64,000 nt of DNA from Candidatus Methylomirabilota bacterium (GTDB taxonomy: Bacteria > Methylomirabilota > Methylomirabilia > Rokubacteriales > CSP1-6), in the NCBI GenBank assembly GCA_035281625.1, contig DATEDO010000028.1, forward strand, positions 11,570 to 75,569. The letters run 5' to 3'. The notes under the pieces were generated by a model. That model had not been told where the DNA came from. It saw only the letters and a program-made list of their open reading frames with translations, and did no database searches. Positions 37,326-46,522 of the stretch are shown piece by piece. A program made the position numbers and the translations under genes. The stretch's first letter is position 1. Every line of letters begins with the position of its first letter.

Positions 37326-37521
37326 TCGCGATCGCCCGCCCACCCGAGTCGACCTCCTGCGATTGGGTGGGCCGCCGTGGCGCCGACAGCGCGCCCGACC
37401 GCACGGCGCGCCGCCCGACGCGGCGTCTGGTCTCCGCCACCACGCTCGGCGAAATGCGCGCCGGGCCTCACTTTCTGTGCGCGCATCCGTTGGCATCCCG
37501 GATGCTTTGTTCTGCGTGCCT

Positions 37522-38517
37522 ATGCGCGATCGGAGCGTCACCGTCACGAACCCGGCCATCGGCGAGCCGCGCCCGTTGCCATACTGCGCCTACCCGGGCG
37601 CGGCGGATCTCGCCCAGCACGGCGTGCAGCGGCTGCCTGCGAGCCTGCCCCTCGTGGATTTCGAGCGGGCCCGGCCGCATCGGAGCCTCCGCTACACCGC
37701 CGTGTCGGCCAGCCGGCTGACGCCGGCGCAGGTCCTGCGCTTGGCGGAGGTCGTGGCCGCCTCGTTCGCCCAGCGGGAGCCGCAGTGTCGGCATCTCCGG
37801 CCGGCGACGCTTCCCCCCGCGGGGCTGGAGGACGCGCTTCACCGGGATCCATTCGGCGTGTCCGCCTTCGGCCGGTGGAGCCCGGAGCGCCTGCTCTACT
37901 GGTTCATCCGGTTGCTCGTGTTCACCGACGCGAGCAGTCCGCGCTCCGCCATCGAAGTCCACACCGACGCGCTGGCCCAGTCACTCGCCATCCTGGACGG
38001 GAGCGGCGAGATCATCGGCGGGGCGATCAACGAGACGATGCCTCTGCTCGACACCCCGCCCCGCATCCGCCGCGGGGATCCGTTCCTGGACGCCGTCTTC
38101 GCCTTCGTGGAGCCGGTTGTCGAGCTCCTGGGCGCCCAGGAGGTCGAGGCGACGAAGGCGCTGTCCGTCGCGTACCCGGCATTCCGCGACGCTCATCCCG
38201 CGGGGAAGGTCGGCCATCACTTCATGGTCGCGCGGTCGGACGCGCTTCCGACGGCTGACGCCTTCGAGCTGGTGGCCGCGACGGCGGCGCGTTACCAGGC
38301 GCTCGGCCACGCGTTCATGGTGATCGAGGCGACGAACCAGTGGACGGGGGCGGCATGCGAGGTGCTCGGCGCCACGCGGATACACTTCGCGCCATTCCGG
38401 CTGCAGCGCATGGTGCGTCCCAGCGCCACGCCGCTGGCGGATACCGTGACGAGCCCGGACGGCTACCTCTCGAGCAAGGACAGCGGCAGCATGCTGTACG
38501 TGATCCGCCTCGTCTAG
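37522..38517 (+). CDS. Hypothetical protein (331 aa)
   Basis: Only ATG in the coding-looking part of track ORF 37213-38517. No clear SD. In-frame GTG 37477 and GTG 37516 are alternatives. No family recognised. Confidence 0.55.
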   Translation: MRDRSVTVTNPAIGEPRPLPYCAYPGAADLAQHGVQRLPASLPLVDFERARPHRSLRYTAVSASRLTPAQVLRLAEVVAASFAQREPQCRHLRPATLPPAGLEDALHRDPFGVSAFGRWSPERLLYWFIRLLVFTDASSPRSAIEVHTDALAQSLAILDGSGEIIGGAINETMPLLDTPPRIRRGDPFLDAVFAFVEPVVELLGAQEVEATKALSVAYPAFRDAHPAGKVGHHFMVARSDALPTADAFELVAATAARYQALGHAFMVIEATNQWTGAACEVLGATRIHFAPFRLQRMVRPSATPLADTVTSPDGYLSSKDSGSMLYVIRLV

Positions 38518-38554
38518 CCCGACCCCGCTTCGTCTGGCGCGCCGCCGTTCGGCA

Positions 38555-39724
38555 TCATAGCATCGAGAGCGGGATGTCCGGCTCCAACCCAAAGAACACG
38601 CGGCCGGTCGTCTCCAGCCCACGGGGGTGGACGCCGATGTGCTGCGTGATGGCATGCACGTCGCGGAAGGCCCGTTCGAGTGGACTCGTCGCGTAGAGCG
38701 ATGTTGCGCCGCCGCTGAGATAGACGAGGTCCACCGCCTGGCACGCGCTCGTCACCGCGTGCCAGCTCGCCAACCGCAGCCGCGCCCGGGCCTCGTTCGT
38801 GGCCTCGCGCCCCGCGAGCACGTCTTGCCATATCCTCTCGACGGTGTCGTACAGGAACAGTCGTGCCGAGCACGCGAGCGCCTCCGCCTGGGAGAGCCGG
38901 GTCTGGGCCCCGCGGTCCTCGCTCAGCGGCTGGCTCGTCCGCTCCTGGCGCTTCCCGCCGGCGAGCTCGATCAGTGCGTCGATCGCGGTCCGCGCGATGC
39001 CGAGGGCGATGGCGCCCAGGCCGGGCAGGATACGCGCGGTGTGTGGGAGCGTGTACCGCTGGTCGGTCAGTACGAGCGGGTCGGAGTAGGACGACGCATA
39101 CGCGGCCGGGACGAACCGGTCCTGCACCACGACGTCATGGCTTCCGGTTCCGCGTAGCCCTCCCACGTGCCAGGTGTCCACGATCTCGGAGTCCCCGGCG
39201 GGGCAGAGCACGAATCGCAGCTCGGGCGCCCCGGACGGCCCGAGGCGCCGCTTGCCCGCCTCGTGCACCACGCAGAGTAGGATGAACCAGTCGCTGAACT
39301 GGCAGCCGCTCACCAGCGACCATCGTCCGGTCACCCGGTAGCCCCCGTCGACGATCTCGGCCCGGCCGCTCGGGCGGGTGCTGTTCCCCAGGACCGTGTT
39401 CGGGTCGGCGAAGAGCCGGTGGGCCACCTCCTTCGGCCATCGGACCGTGGTCCAGTACGTATTGCCGTTCCACACGCACCAGGCGACCGAGGCATCCGCC
39501 CGCGCGAGCTCCTCGAAGACCTGCGTCGCCCCCGTCGGGGGAAGGTCGAGGCCACCATAGGCCGCTGGCAACGAGATCCGAAAGAAGCCTCCCCGCGTGA
39601 GTTCCTGGACGAGGTCATCGGGCAGCCGACGCGCGGCCTCGATGCGGTCGCGCTCGGCCAGGATCCGGGGCCGCAACGCCTTGGCGGCCTGCACGAGACC
39701 GATGGTCTCTCCGCTGGTGACCAT
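38555..39724 (-). CDS. Acyl-CoA dehydrogenase-fold flavoprotein (possibly a monooxygenase type)
   Basis: ACAD three-domain length and N-terminal pattern (RLPDDLVQELTRGGFFRISLPAAYGG). Confidence 0.8.
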   Translation of the reverse strand: MVTSGETIGLVQAAKALRPRILAERDRIEAARRLPDDLVQELTRGGFFRISLPAAYGGLDLPPTGATQVFEELARADASVAWCVWNGNTYWTTVRWPKEVAHRLFADPNTVLGNSTRPSGRAEIVDGGYRVTGRWSLVSGCQFSDWFILLCVVHEAGKRRLGPSGAPELRFVLCPAGDSEIVDTWHVGGLRGTGSHDVVVQDRFVPAAYASSYSDPLVLTDQRYTLPHTARILPGLGAIALGIARTAIDALIELAGGKRQERTSQPLSEDRGAQTRLSQAEALACSARLFLYDTVERIWQDVLAGREATNEARARLRLASWHAVTSACQAVDLVYLSGGATSLYATSPLERAFRDVHAITQHIGVHPRGLETTGRVFFGLEPDIPLSML

Positions 39725-39748
39725 GGCTCCCTCCTTCGCAGGTGCCGC

Positions 39749-41956
39749 TCAGCTCTCCAGCTGCGACACCGTCGCGGTGGACCGCCGGAGCCGCCGGCTC
39801 AGCTCCGCACCGATGTTCATGAGCAAGTGGATGGCGATGCGGGGGTGGGTCTTCGTGAGCGCGTCGAAGCTGTCCTCCGACAGCTCGTAGCACACCAGCT
39901 CTTCGTCCGCGGTAACGGTGGCCGAGCGCGGCTGCTTGTCGAGGAGCGCAACCTCGCCGAACACCGTGCCCGGGGAGAAGGTTGCCAGGCGCTTGGAGCG
40001 GCTCGGCCCGCCCAGATCGATCCTCACGCTGGCCGTGCCCTTGGCGATGAGGAAGAGCGAGCGGTCCTGATTGCCCTCCTTGATGACGCCCTCGCCCGCC
40101 AGGTAGGTGCGGCGGAGGAGCAGGCCCTCCACGACGGCGCACTCCTCGACGGTGAGGCCTTCGAAGGCGGGCAGCCGGCGGACGGGAAGCTCATCGCCTC
40201 CCGCAGCTTGGACGCGAAGCGCCTCGATGAGGAGATCCTCCGCATGCTCGAGGGCGGCGTCGGTGTCGGGAAACACGGCGGCACGGCCGACGGCGGCGTG
40301 CACGCCGAATCCCCGCAGCGCGCGGGCCACGCGCGGATGGGCCTCCGGGTGGCTCAGGAGCAGGTGCTTCCGCTCGCGCCGGACGCGGTCGGCCACCTGC
40401 GCGACGATGCGGCCGCCGGTGCTGTCGACGTCGTTCACCCGGCGGAGGTCCAGGATCACCACCAACACGTCGTCCCGGAGTATGGCTTCCACACGGTTGG
40501 CCAGGTCCTCGGCGGTGCCGAAGAAGAGCGGGCCGTCGAGCTCGAACACGACGATGCGGCGGCCTTCGCGGGTCAGGGCCTCCATGAGCGCGGGCGCGCG
40601 CGTCCGATGGGAGCGCACCACGTCGCCGCGGTAGCTGCGGCGGACCACCGACCGGCTCATGCGGAGCAAGAAGGACGCGACGGCGAGGACGACGCCCACT
40701 GCCACCGCGGCCATCAGGTTGAGCGCGATCGTCACCGTCGCCACGAGCACGACCACGACGAGGTCGATGGCGGGCATGCGCCAGTCGGCGGTGCGGCGCA
40801 GCAGCAAGTCGCGGAGGAGGCGCAGGCTCCAGCGATCCGCCAGCTCGACGGCGACCATGACCAGCGTGCCCGCGATGACGACGCGCGGCAGCCGCGCGAT
40901 GACGGGCCCGGCGAAGAGGGCGGCGGCGAGCACGGTGAGCGCGGCGACCAGCGCGGACAGCGCCGTGCGGCCGCCCGCGCGGTGATTCGCCGTGCTGCTA
41001 CCGAGATTGATGCCCGACAGAAGGCTGCCAAACGGCGCCGCCATCGCATTGGCGAGCCCGAGCCGGAGGAGCTCCTGGCTGCCGGCGGCCTTCCGGCCGG
41101 TGACGCCGTCGAGTGTCTTCGCGCAGAGCAAGAGATCGAGCGAGGACACCACCGCGAGGCTCACCGCCGCGCCGACGAGGGCGGGCAGGACCGGCCACAG
41201 CTCGGGCTGTTCCGGTAACGAGAAGAAGCCGGCGAGATAGATCGGCGTGGGGATCGCTTGGGGCATCGGGCCCACCACGCCCCCGAGGCCGCCTCCGTAG
41301 CCGAGCAGGTCGAGCGCGTGGTATGCGCCGCTTCCCGCGACGAGCCCGGCGATCACCGGCGGCACCCGCGCGGACCACCGTCGCATGCGCCAGATGACGA
41401 GCGCCGTGCCGAGGCCGATGGCCAGGCCGAGCGGCTGTACGGCCCCGAGATAGGCGCCGAGCCGCGCCGGGGAGAGACCCGCCGGCACGCCGGTGAGTGT
41501 GCCGATCTGGGCAACCAGGATGAGGAGGGCCACCGCGTTCTGGAACCCGGCCATCACCGGGGCCGGGATGTACTTGATGAGCGTGCCGACCCCGAGCGCG
41601 CCGAACAGTGCCTGGAAGACGCCGGCCAGCAGTATGAGGAGGAACAGCACGGTGAGTGTTTGCCTCACGCTCCAGCCGCCGCCCGTGGCGGTCGCGGGCA
41701 TGATGGTCTGGAGTACCACCGTGCTCAGGAGCAGGGCCATCATGCTGCGCGGCGCATAGATGGTGGCGCTCCGGTTGCCGAGCGCCAGTGCGGCCAGCGG
41801 TACGAGGGTCGCGCCGAAGAGGCCCGCGAGGATGGCGTGGGAGACGTACTGATCGCCGAGGGCGTGGAAGGCGAGCACCCCGTAGCCGATGCTGACCGAG
41901 ATGCTCAGGATGGCGGCGGTGAGCCCGCCCGCCAGCTCGCTGCGAATGGTCGACAC
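39749..41956 (-). CDS. SulP-family anion transporter with STAS and cyclic-nucleotide-binding domains
   Basis: SulP membrane core, STAS region (VVILDLRRVNDVDSTG) and a C-terminal cNMP-binding motif (FGEVALLD...RSATV). Confidence 0.9.
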   Translation of the reverse strand: MSTIRSELAGGLTAAILSISVSIGYGVLAFHALGDQYVSHAILAGLFGATLVPLAALALGNRSATIYAPRSMMALLLSTVVLQTIMPATATGGGWSVRQTLTVLFLLILLAGVFQALFGALGVGTLIKYIPAPVMAGFQNAVALLILVAQIGTLTGVPAGLSPARLGAYLGAVQPLGLAIGLGTALVIWRMRRWSARVPPVIAGLVAGSGAYHALDLLGYGGGLGGVVGPMPQAIPTPIYLAGFFSLPEQPELWPVLPALVGAAVSLAVVSSLDLLLCAKTLDGVTGRKAAGSQELLRLGLANAMAAPFGSLLSGINLGSSTANHRAGGRTALSALVAALTVLAAALFAGPVIARLPRVVIAGTLVMVAVELADRWSLRLLRDLLLRRTADWRMPAIDLVVVVLVATVTIALNLMAAVAVGVVLAVASFLLRMSRSVVRRSYRGDVVRSHRTRAPALMEALTREGRRIVVFELDGPLFFGTAEDLANRVEAILRDDVLVVILDLRRVNDVDSTGGRIVAQVADRVRRERKHLLLSHPEAHPRVARALRGFGVHAAVGRAAVFPDTDAALEHAEDLLIEALRVQAAGGDELPVRRLPAFEGLTVEECAVVEGLLLRRTYLAGEGVIKEGNQDRSLFLIAKGTASVRIDLGGPSRSKRLATFSPGTVFGEVALLDKQPRSATVTADEELVCYELSEDSFDALTKTHPRIAIHLLMNIGAELSRRLRRSTATVSQLES

Positions 41957-42114
41957 GCTCGCTCCTGGGCCTTACCCGGTCGCCTGGTCCCGCTTAGGCT
42001 GCGCGCCAGGATGATCCGGTGGCCGGAGCGTGTCAACTGCGAACAACGGGCGCCGACTCGCACGTGAGAGGGAGAGCGTGCGAGCCGGCGCCGTCTGCGC
42101 GCTGGCCAGGCGCC

Positions 42115-43023
42115 TCAGCAGAACGCCGGTCCCACCGCCTCCAGCTTCTCCCGCAGCCGCGGGCTCAGCTTCCCCACCGTGGCCAGGAAGTTCGGGTGGG
42201 TGATGCCCGAGCCGATGAAGGTCCACCGCAAGGCCTTGAGCTGCGCCTCGCAGAAGCGCTCGCGCTCCTCGGCGTTCAGCCGGTGGCCCGTCGCCTGCTC
42301 GAAGCTGTCGAGGTCCATCTTCACCTGCTGCTGCATGCCGCCGTCGATGAAGGCGCCGATCTCGAGGTACTCGTCCACCGCCTTGGCGATGTCTTCGGGC
42401 TCGGCCGCCGCGGCTAGCTCCTCGACCATGAGCGTGTCCAGCTTGGTGTGCTGCGCCTCCTCCATCCAGTGATGCTTGAGCAGGCTCTTGAACTGCGGGT
42501 CCAGGGCCTGGTCGTCCTTGATGGAGTCCAGATAGTGCGCCTGGACGAACCACTCGATGTGGAGCGTGAGCAGCGCCACCGCCAGGGGACTGTAGGAGAG
42601 GATCTTCGCCGCCACCGCCTCGGGAGGCCCGATCACCTCGCAGTGGTGGCCGAAGCCCGCGTCGAATTCCTCGCGGAAGCGCTTGAAGAGCTGGATGTGC
42701 TTGGCCTCCTCGCTCGCGAACTGGATGAGCGCCCGCGTGCGGTAGTCATCGCCGGCCAGCCGCGGCCGCGCGTGGTCCAGCACGAAGGGCAGGATGTACT
42801 CCTCCACGAGCCCGAACATCACGAGATAGCCGAGCCCGCGGATCTGGTTCAGAGTGCGCTGCTCGTCCGGCGAGAGGAAATCGAGCTTGCGGACACCGGC
42901 CAGGGACTCGGGCATGAACGAACGATCGAAATCCAGATGCTTGTCGTCCCCGATGATGTCGTCGATCTTCCAGTTCACTCGCTGGGATGTCGCCAGGACA
43001 CCCTCGTACGTGTACGCCGTCAT
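42115..43023 (-). CDS. Diiron oxygenase, ferritin-like (AurF/p-aminobenzoate N-oxygenase-like)
   Basis: Track ORF trimmed to ATG 43021-43023, which follows AGGAGGA. Two ExxH motifs (EEAKH, EEAQH) in helical repeats. Confidence 0.7.
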   Translation of the reverse strand: MTAYTYEGVLATSQRVNWKIDDIIGDDKHLDFDRSFMPESLAGVRKLDFLSPDEQRTLNQIRGLGYLVMFGLVEEYILPFVLDHARPRLAGDDYRTRALIQFASEEAKHIQLFKRFREEFDAGFGHHCEVIGPPEAVAAKILSYSPLAVALLTLHIEWFVQAHYLDSIKDDQALDPQFKSLLKHHWMEEAQHTKLDTLMVEELAAAAEPEDIAKAVDEYLEIGAFIDGGMQQQVKMDLDSFEQATGHRLNAEERERFCEAQLKALRWTFIGSGITHPNFLATVGKLSPRLREKLEAVGPAFC

Positions 43024-43192
43024 CGCCGTCCTCCTTTTCGGCACGCGTTGCCGTGCACTGAGTGAGCGCGGGGCAACCGGCGTGCCATGCCCGCAGGTGC
43101 GCATATTCCTTGTGTTCTTGCGCGGCGGCGGCTTTCGGTTGGGGAGAAGCGCCCGAGCGCGCTCAGGCAGGCTGCCGCAGATCGGGCGCGGC

Positions 43193-43846
43193 TCAGCGCT
43201 CGGCGCGGCGCTTGAGATTCTCGAACTGGCGCACCTGCATGATCCAGTGCGCGGGCTCCCAGAAGAGCCACTCGGCGAGCGTCTGGAAGGCCCGCGGCCG
43301 CGCGGCTCCGTAGCCGCTCACGATCAGCCGCGTCCGCCCGCCGGGCAGCGGCGTCAGCTGGAAGCCCCACAGGCCGTCGGCGTAGTAGCGCGGGCGCGGG
43401 CCGGTCGTGTCGAACGGGCGCCAAGTGCTGAGGTCGATGGGCGAGCGGAAGCCGAGGAAGCGCTCCGGCTCGAGCGCGGCCACCTCGAACCAGACGCTGC
43501 CGCTCGGCGTACACGCCACCCGATCGCGCACCCCCAGCGTCTGCCATTCGGGAATGATGTGGTCCGCGCTCGGTCGGCCGGCGTTGTCCAGGCGATCCCA
43601 GCTGTACCAGCCGGCGCGATCGCAGCCCATCTGGACCAGCCATGGCCACACGCGCGCGGGGGGCGCGTCGATCGTCACGGCCATGGTGGCGCCGCGCCGG
43701 CCGCCGGGGATCAGCTCGGCGCCGGGGAACGGGGCGTCCACCTCTTCGTCGGTGGCGCCCCAGCGGAGCAGGCGCGGCCGGACGGCGAGGGCGTAGACGC
43801 CGGCCGCGAAGCCGAGCAGCGTGGCGAGCGTGCGCGCGGGTCTCAT
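43193..43846 (-). CDS. SRPBCC (START/polyketide cyclase-like) family protein
   Basis: Track ORF trimmed to ATG 43844-43846, which follows GAGGAGG. The ARVWPWLVQMG...GWYSWD pattern is typical of this family. Confidence 0.65.
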   Translation of the reverse strand: MRPARTLATLLGFAAGVYALAVRPRLLRWGATDEEVDAPFPGAELIPGGRRGATMAVTIDAPPARVWPWLVQMGCDRAGWYSWDRLDNAGRPSADHIIPEWQTLGVRDRVACTPSGSVWFEVAALEPERFLGFRSPIDLSTWRPFDTTGPRPRYYADGLWGFQLTPLPGGRTRLIVSGYGAARPRAFQTLAEWLFWEPAHWIMQVRQFENLKRRAER

Positions 43847-43866
43847 CGGCCTCCTCACAGGCAATA

Positions 43867-44739
43867 CTACCGGCGTCCCACGCCCGTCAGCAGAAACACG
43901 CCCAGCACCACGAGCACCGAGCCCGTCACCACGCGCCAGCCCATCGGCCGGCGCGCGCCCGGCAGGACGCTGGTCAGCGCCAGCACGAAGAGCGGCGCCG
44001 TCCCGATGAGCGGCGTCACCACGCTCACGTCGCCGAAGCCGAGCGCCACGATCAGGAGGAACACCCCGGTGTTCTCCGCCACGCCCCCACCGATCAGGTA
44101 GAGGAGGCTCCGCCGGTCGCAACGAAGGGCGCCCCAGTTGCCGGTGGCGAGCACGAAGGCGGTGGCGGCGATCAGCCCCGCACTGGTGTTGATGGCGGCG
44201 TCGAACACGGGGCCGGTGGGGCTGAGCCCGAGCTTCCGGATGACCTGGACCGCGCCGAAGCAGGAGGCGCCGAGCAGGGGGTAGATCAGGTGCCGCGGCG
44301 GGAAGCCCACGTACTTCCCGCTGAGTGACAGCAGCACGGTGCCGGCGACGATCACCAGCGTCCCCGCCATGATGGGCAATGTCACGCGCTCGCCGAGAAT
44401 GGCGACGGCGAAGACGGTGGCGAACAAGGGGGTCATGTTGAGGATGGACGTGGCCACCGGCGCGCCCACCTTGTCGATCGCGAGGACCCGGAAGAGGCGC
44501 CCCCCGGCGGTGCCGATCAGCCCCGAGGCGAGGAAGTAGTGAGCGGTGCGCCAGTTCCAGGTGGCGGGGGGGATCAGGAGGAGCACCGCGGACCAGAGGC
44601 CCACCACTCCCACCGCCACGTTGATCCAGAAGGCGGCGTAGAAGTTGGAGCGCCGAAGGCCCTGCTGGATCAGGAGGGAAGCCGCCGCGGAGAAGAGCGC
44701 GCTGCCAAGGGCGAGGAAGACATGCGGGGACCAGGGCAC
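43867..44739 (-). CDS. EamA/DMT family transporter
   Basis: About 10 TM helices in a two-EamA repeat pattern. Confidence 0.85.
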   Translation of the reverse strand: MPWSPHVFLALGSALFSAAASLLIQQGLRRSNFYAAFWINVAVGVVGLWSAVLLLIPPATWNWRTAHYFLASGLIGTAGGRLFRVLAIDKVGAPVATSILNMTPLFATVFAVAILGERVTLPIMAGTLVIVAGTVLLSLSGKYVGFPPRHLIYPLLGASCFGAVQVIRKLGLSPTGPVFDAAINTSAGLIAATAFVLATGNWGALRCDRRSLLYLIGGGVAENTGVFLLIVALGFGDVSVVTPLIGTAPLFVLALTSVLPGARRPMGWRVVTGSVLVVLGVFLLTGVGRR

Positions 44740-44773
44740 CGGGCGATTCTAATCTCGTCGCGCCCGCGCCGGC

Positions 44774-45364
44774 TCACGGATTGTGGGTCGTCGTGAACGG
44801 ATACATCCGTGGAATCACGAGCGTGAGGACGGTCGCGGTGACGATCGCCAGCGCCGTTCCCACCAGGAAGAGCGCCCAGGTGTTCGGTCTCATGGCGCCC
44901 AGGGCGACGATCACGAAGAGGATCGGCAGATCGAGGAAGTGAGTGAAGGTGGGCAGGGGCTCGCGGCGAGCCGTTTCGAGGTCGAGGGTGACCGCTCCCG
45001 GCGCCAGCGCAGCGGTCGTGAGTCGGCGAAGTCGCAGGAAGTACCGCCGGGTGATGGTGTTGCCCTCGATGAACTCGAACGCGAAGAGCCCGACCATGCC
45101 GGCCAGCCACGGCATGCCGAGGAAGGCCCAGCCGCCATGCACGGTGACGATCAGCCAGATGCCGGACCCGAGCAGGAGGAGCGCCCCGGGGACCACGAGG
45201 CCGTCGTAGAAGACGGCGATCTGACGGACGAGCTCGGCGAACACGCGGAGGTCCCGCGGTCCGACCTGCCGGGAGCGGAGGTCCGCATACCAGACGCCGA
45301 TCAGCCCGGCCCCCATGAGGGTCAAGCCGAGCAGGTGCACGTATCGAAGGACGAGGTACGTCAT
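44774..45364 (-). CDS. DUF2269-like integral membrane protein
   Basis: 196 aa with 4 TM helices. N-terminus is LRYVHLLGLTLMGAGL. Confidence 0.6.
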   Translation of the reverse strand: MTYLVLRYVHLLGLTLMGAGLIGVWYADLRSRQVGPRDLRVFAELVRQIAVFYDGLVVPGALLLLGSGIWLIVTVHGGWAFLGMPWLAGMVGLFAFEFIEGNTITRRYFLRLRRLTTAALAPGAVTLDLETARREPLPTFTHFLDLPILFVIVALGAMRPNTWALFLVGTALAIVTATVLTLVIPRMYPFTTTHNP

Positions 45365-45423
45365 GAGCTCGATGTGGCTGTCGATCCGGCCGTGGTTCGT
45401 TCGACTACAGGGTAGAAGGCCCC

Positions 45424-45954
45424 ATGTCCGCGTTCAAGGAGGCGCTCCCGATGGCGAAAGTGACGCAGAAGATCACGACTTGTCTCTGGTTCGACGGCCA
45501 GGCCGAGGAGGCGGCCCGCTTCTACACGTCGATCTTCAAGAACTCCAGGATCGGCGAGACCTCTCGCTATGACGAGGCGGCCTCGAAGGCCTCTGGCCAG
45601 CCCAAGGGCTCGGTCATGACGGTCACCTTCACGCTGGAGGGCCGCGAGTTCATGGCGCTCAACGGCGGGCCCATGTTCAAGTTCACCGAGGCCATGTCCC
45701 TCATCGTGAACTGCGAGAGCCAGGAGGAGGTCGATCACTTCTGGAGCCGCCTGACCGCGGACGGCGGCCAGGAGGTGCAGTGCGGCTGGCTGCGGGACAA
45801 GTTCGGCGTGTCCTGGCAGATCACCCCCGTCGTGCTGCCGGAGATGCTGCAGGACAAGGACCCCGCCAAGGCCAAGCGCGTGATGGAGGCGATGCTCCAG
45901 ATGAAGAAGATCTCCATCCCGGAGCTCAAGAAGGCCTACGAGGGACGCGCCTAG
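45424..45954 (+). CDS. VOC/PhnB-like protein (3-demethylubiquinone-9 3-methyltransferase-domain family)
   Basis: KITTCLWFDGQAEEAARFYTSIF and CGWLRDKFGVSWQI motifs. The start may be ATG 45451. Confidence 0.85.
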   Translation: MSAFKEALPMAKVTQKITTCLWFDGQAEEAARFYTSIFKNSRIGETSRYDEAASKASGQPKGSVMTVTFTLEGREFMALNGGPMFKFTEAMSLIVNCESQEEVDHFWSRLTADGGQEVQCGWLRDKFGVSWQITPVVLPEMLQDKDPAKAKRVMEAMLQMKKISIPELKKAYEGRA

Positions 45955-46008
45955 CGACCCGAGTGCGGGTCTGGCCCTTCATCGGCTGTGGCGCTGCCTG
46001 GAGATGCC

Positions 46009-46443
46009 ATGTCATTCACGATGACCAAGCAGGAGCGCGAGGCCTTCCTGGCCGCGGTTCACGTGGGCGTCCTCGCCGTACCCGAGCCGGGGCGCGGTCC
46101 CCTGACCGTGCCGGTCTGGTATGCGTACGACCCGGGCGGCGATCTCCGGTTCGTGACTGCCCGCGGCTCGCGCAAGGGGCGCCTGATCGCCCAGGCGGCC
46201 CGGCTCAGTCTCTGCGCGCAGACGGAGACGCCGCCGTACAAGTACGCGAGCGTGGAGGGCGCCGTCGTCGGCCGGGACGCCGCGGATCTCGAGCGCGATC
46301 TCCGGCCCATCGCGCGCCGATACCTGGGTCCCCAGGGGGGCGATGAGTATATCGCCCGGACGCGATCGGAGCACGGGGACGACATGCTGGTGCGCCTGCG
46401 TCCGGAGCGCTGGCTGACCGTCGATTTCGCGAAGGGCCCGTGA
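46009..46443 (+). CDS. Pyridoxamine 5'-phosphate oxidase-family (FMN/F420-binding split-barrel) protein
   Basis: ATG 46009 follows GGAGA. The REAFLAAVHVGVLAV...PVWY pattern fits the family. Confidence 0.75.
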   Translation: MSFTMTKQEREAFLAAVHVGVLAVPEPGRGPLTVPVWYAYDPGGDLRFVTARGSRKGRLIAQAARLSLCAQTETPPYKYASVEGAVVGRDAADLERDLRPIARRYLGPQGGDEYIARTRSEHGDDMLVRLRPERWLTVDFAKGP

Positions 46444-46522
46444 GGCCGCGTCCGTAGATGTCGAAACCGCTTCGCGCCGTTCGTCCATCCGGTGAAGGCA
46501 CTTCACAGTGGAGGGAGGCACG

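Noticed and set aside
34734-37720. Long ORFs 34734-36761 (-) and 35126-37720 (+)
   Set aside because: They are out of frame or antisense to the PaaI thioesterase, MFS transporter and TauD genes. They show GC-driven absence of stop codons and Arg/Pro/Ala-rich translations.
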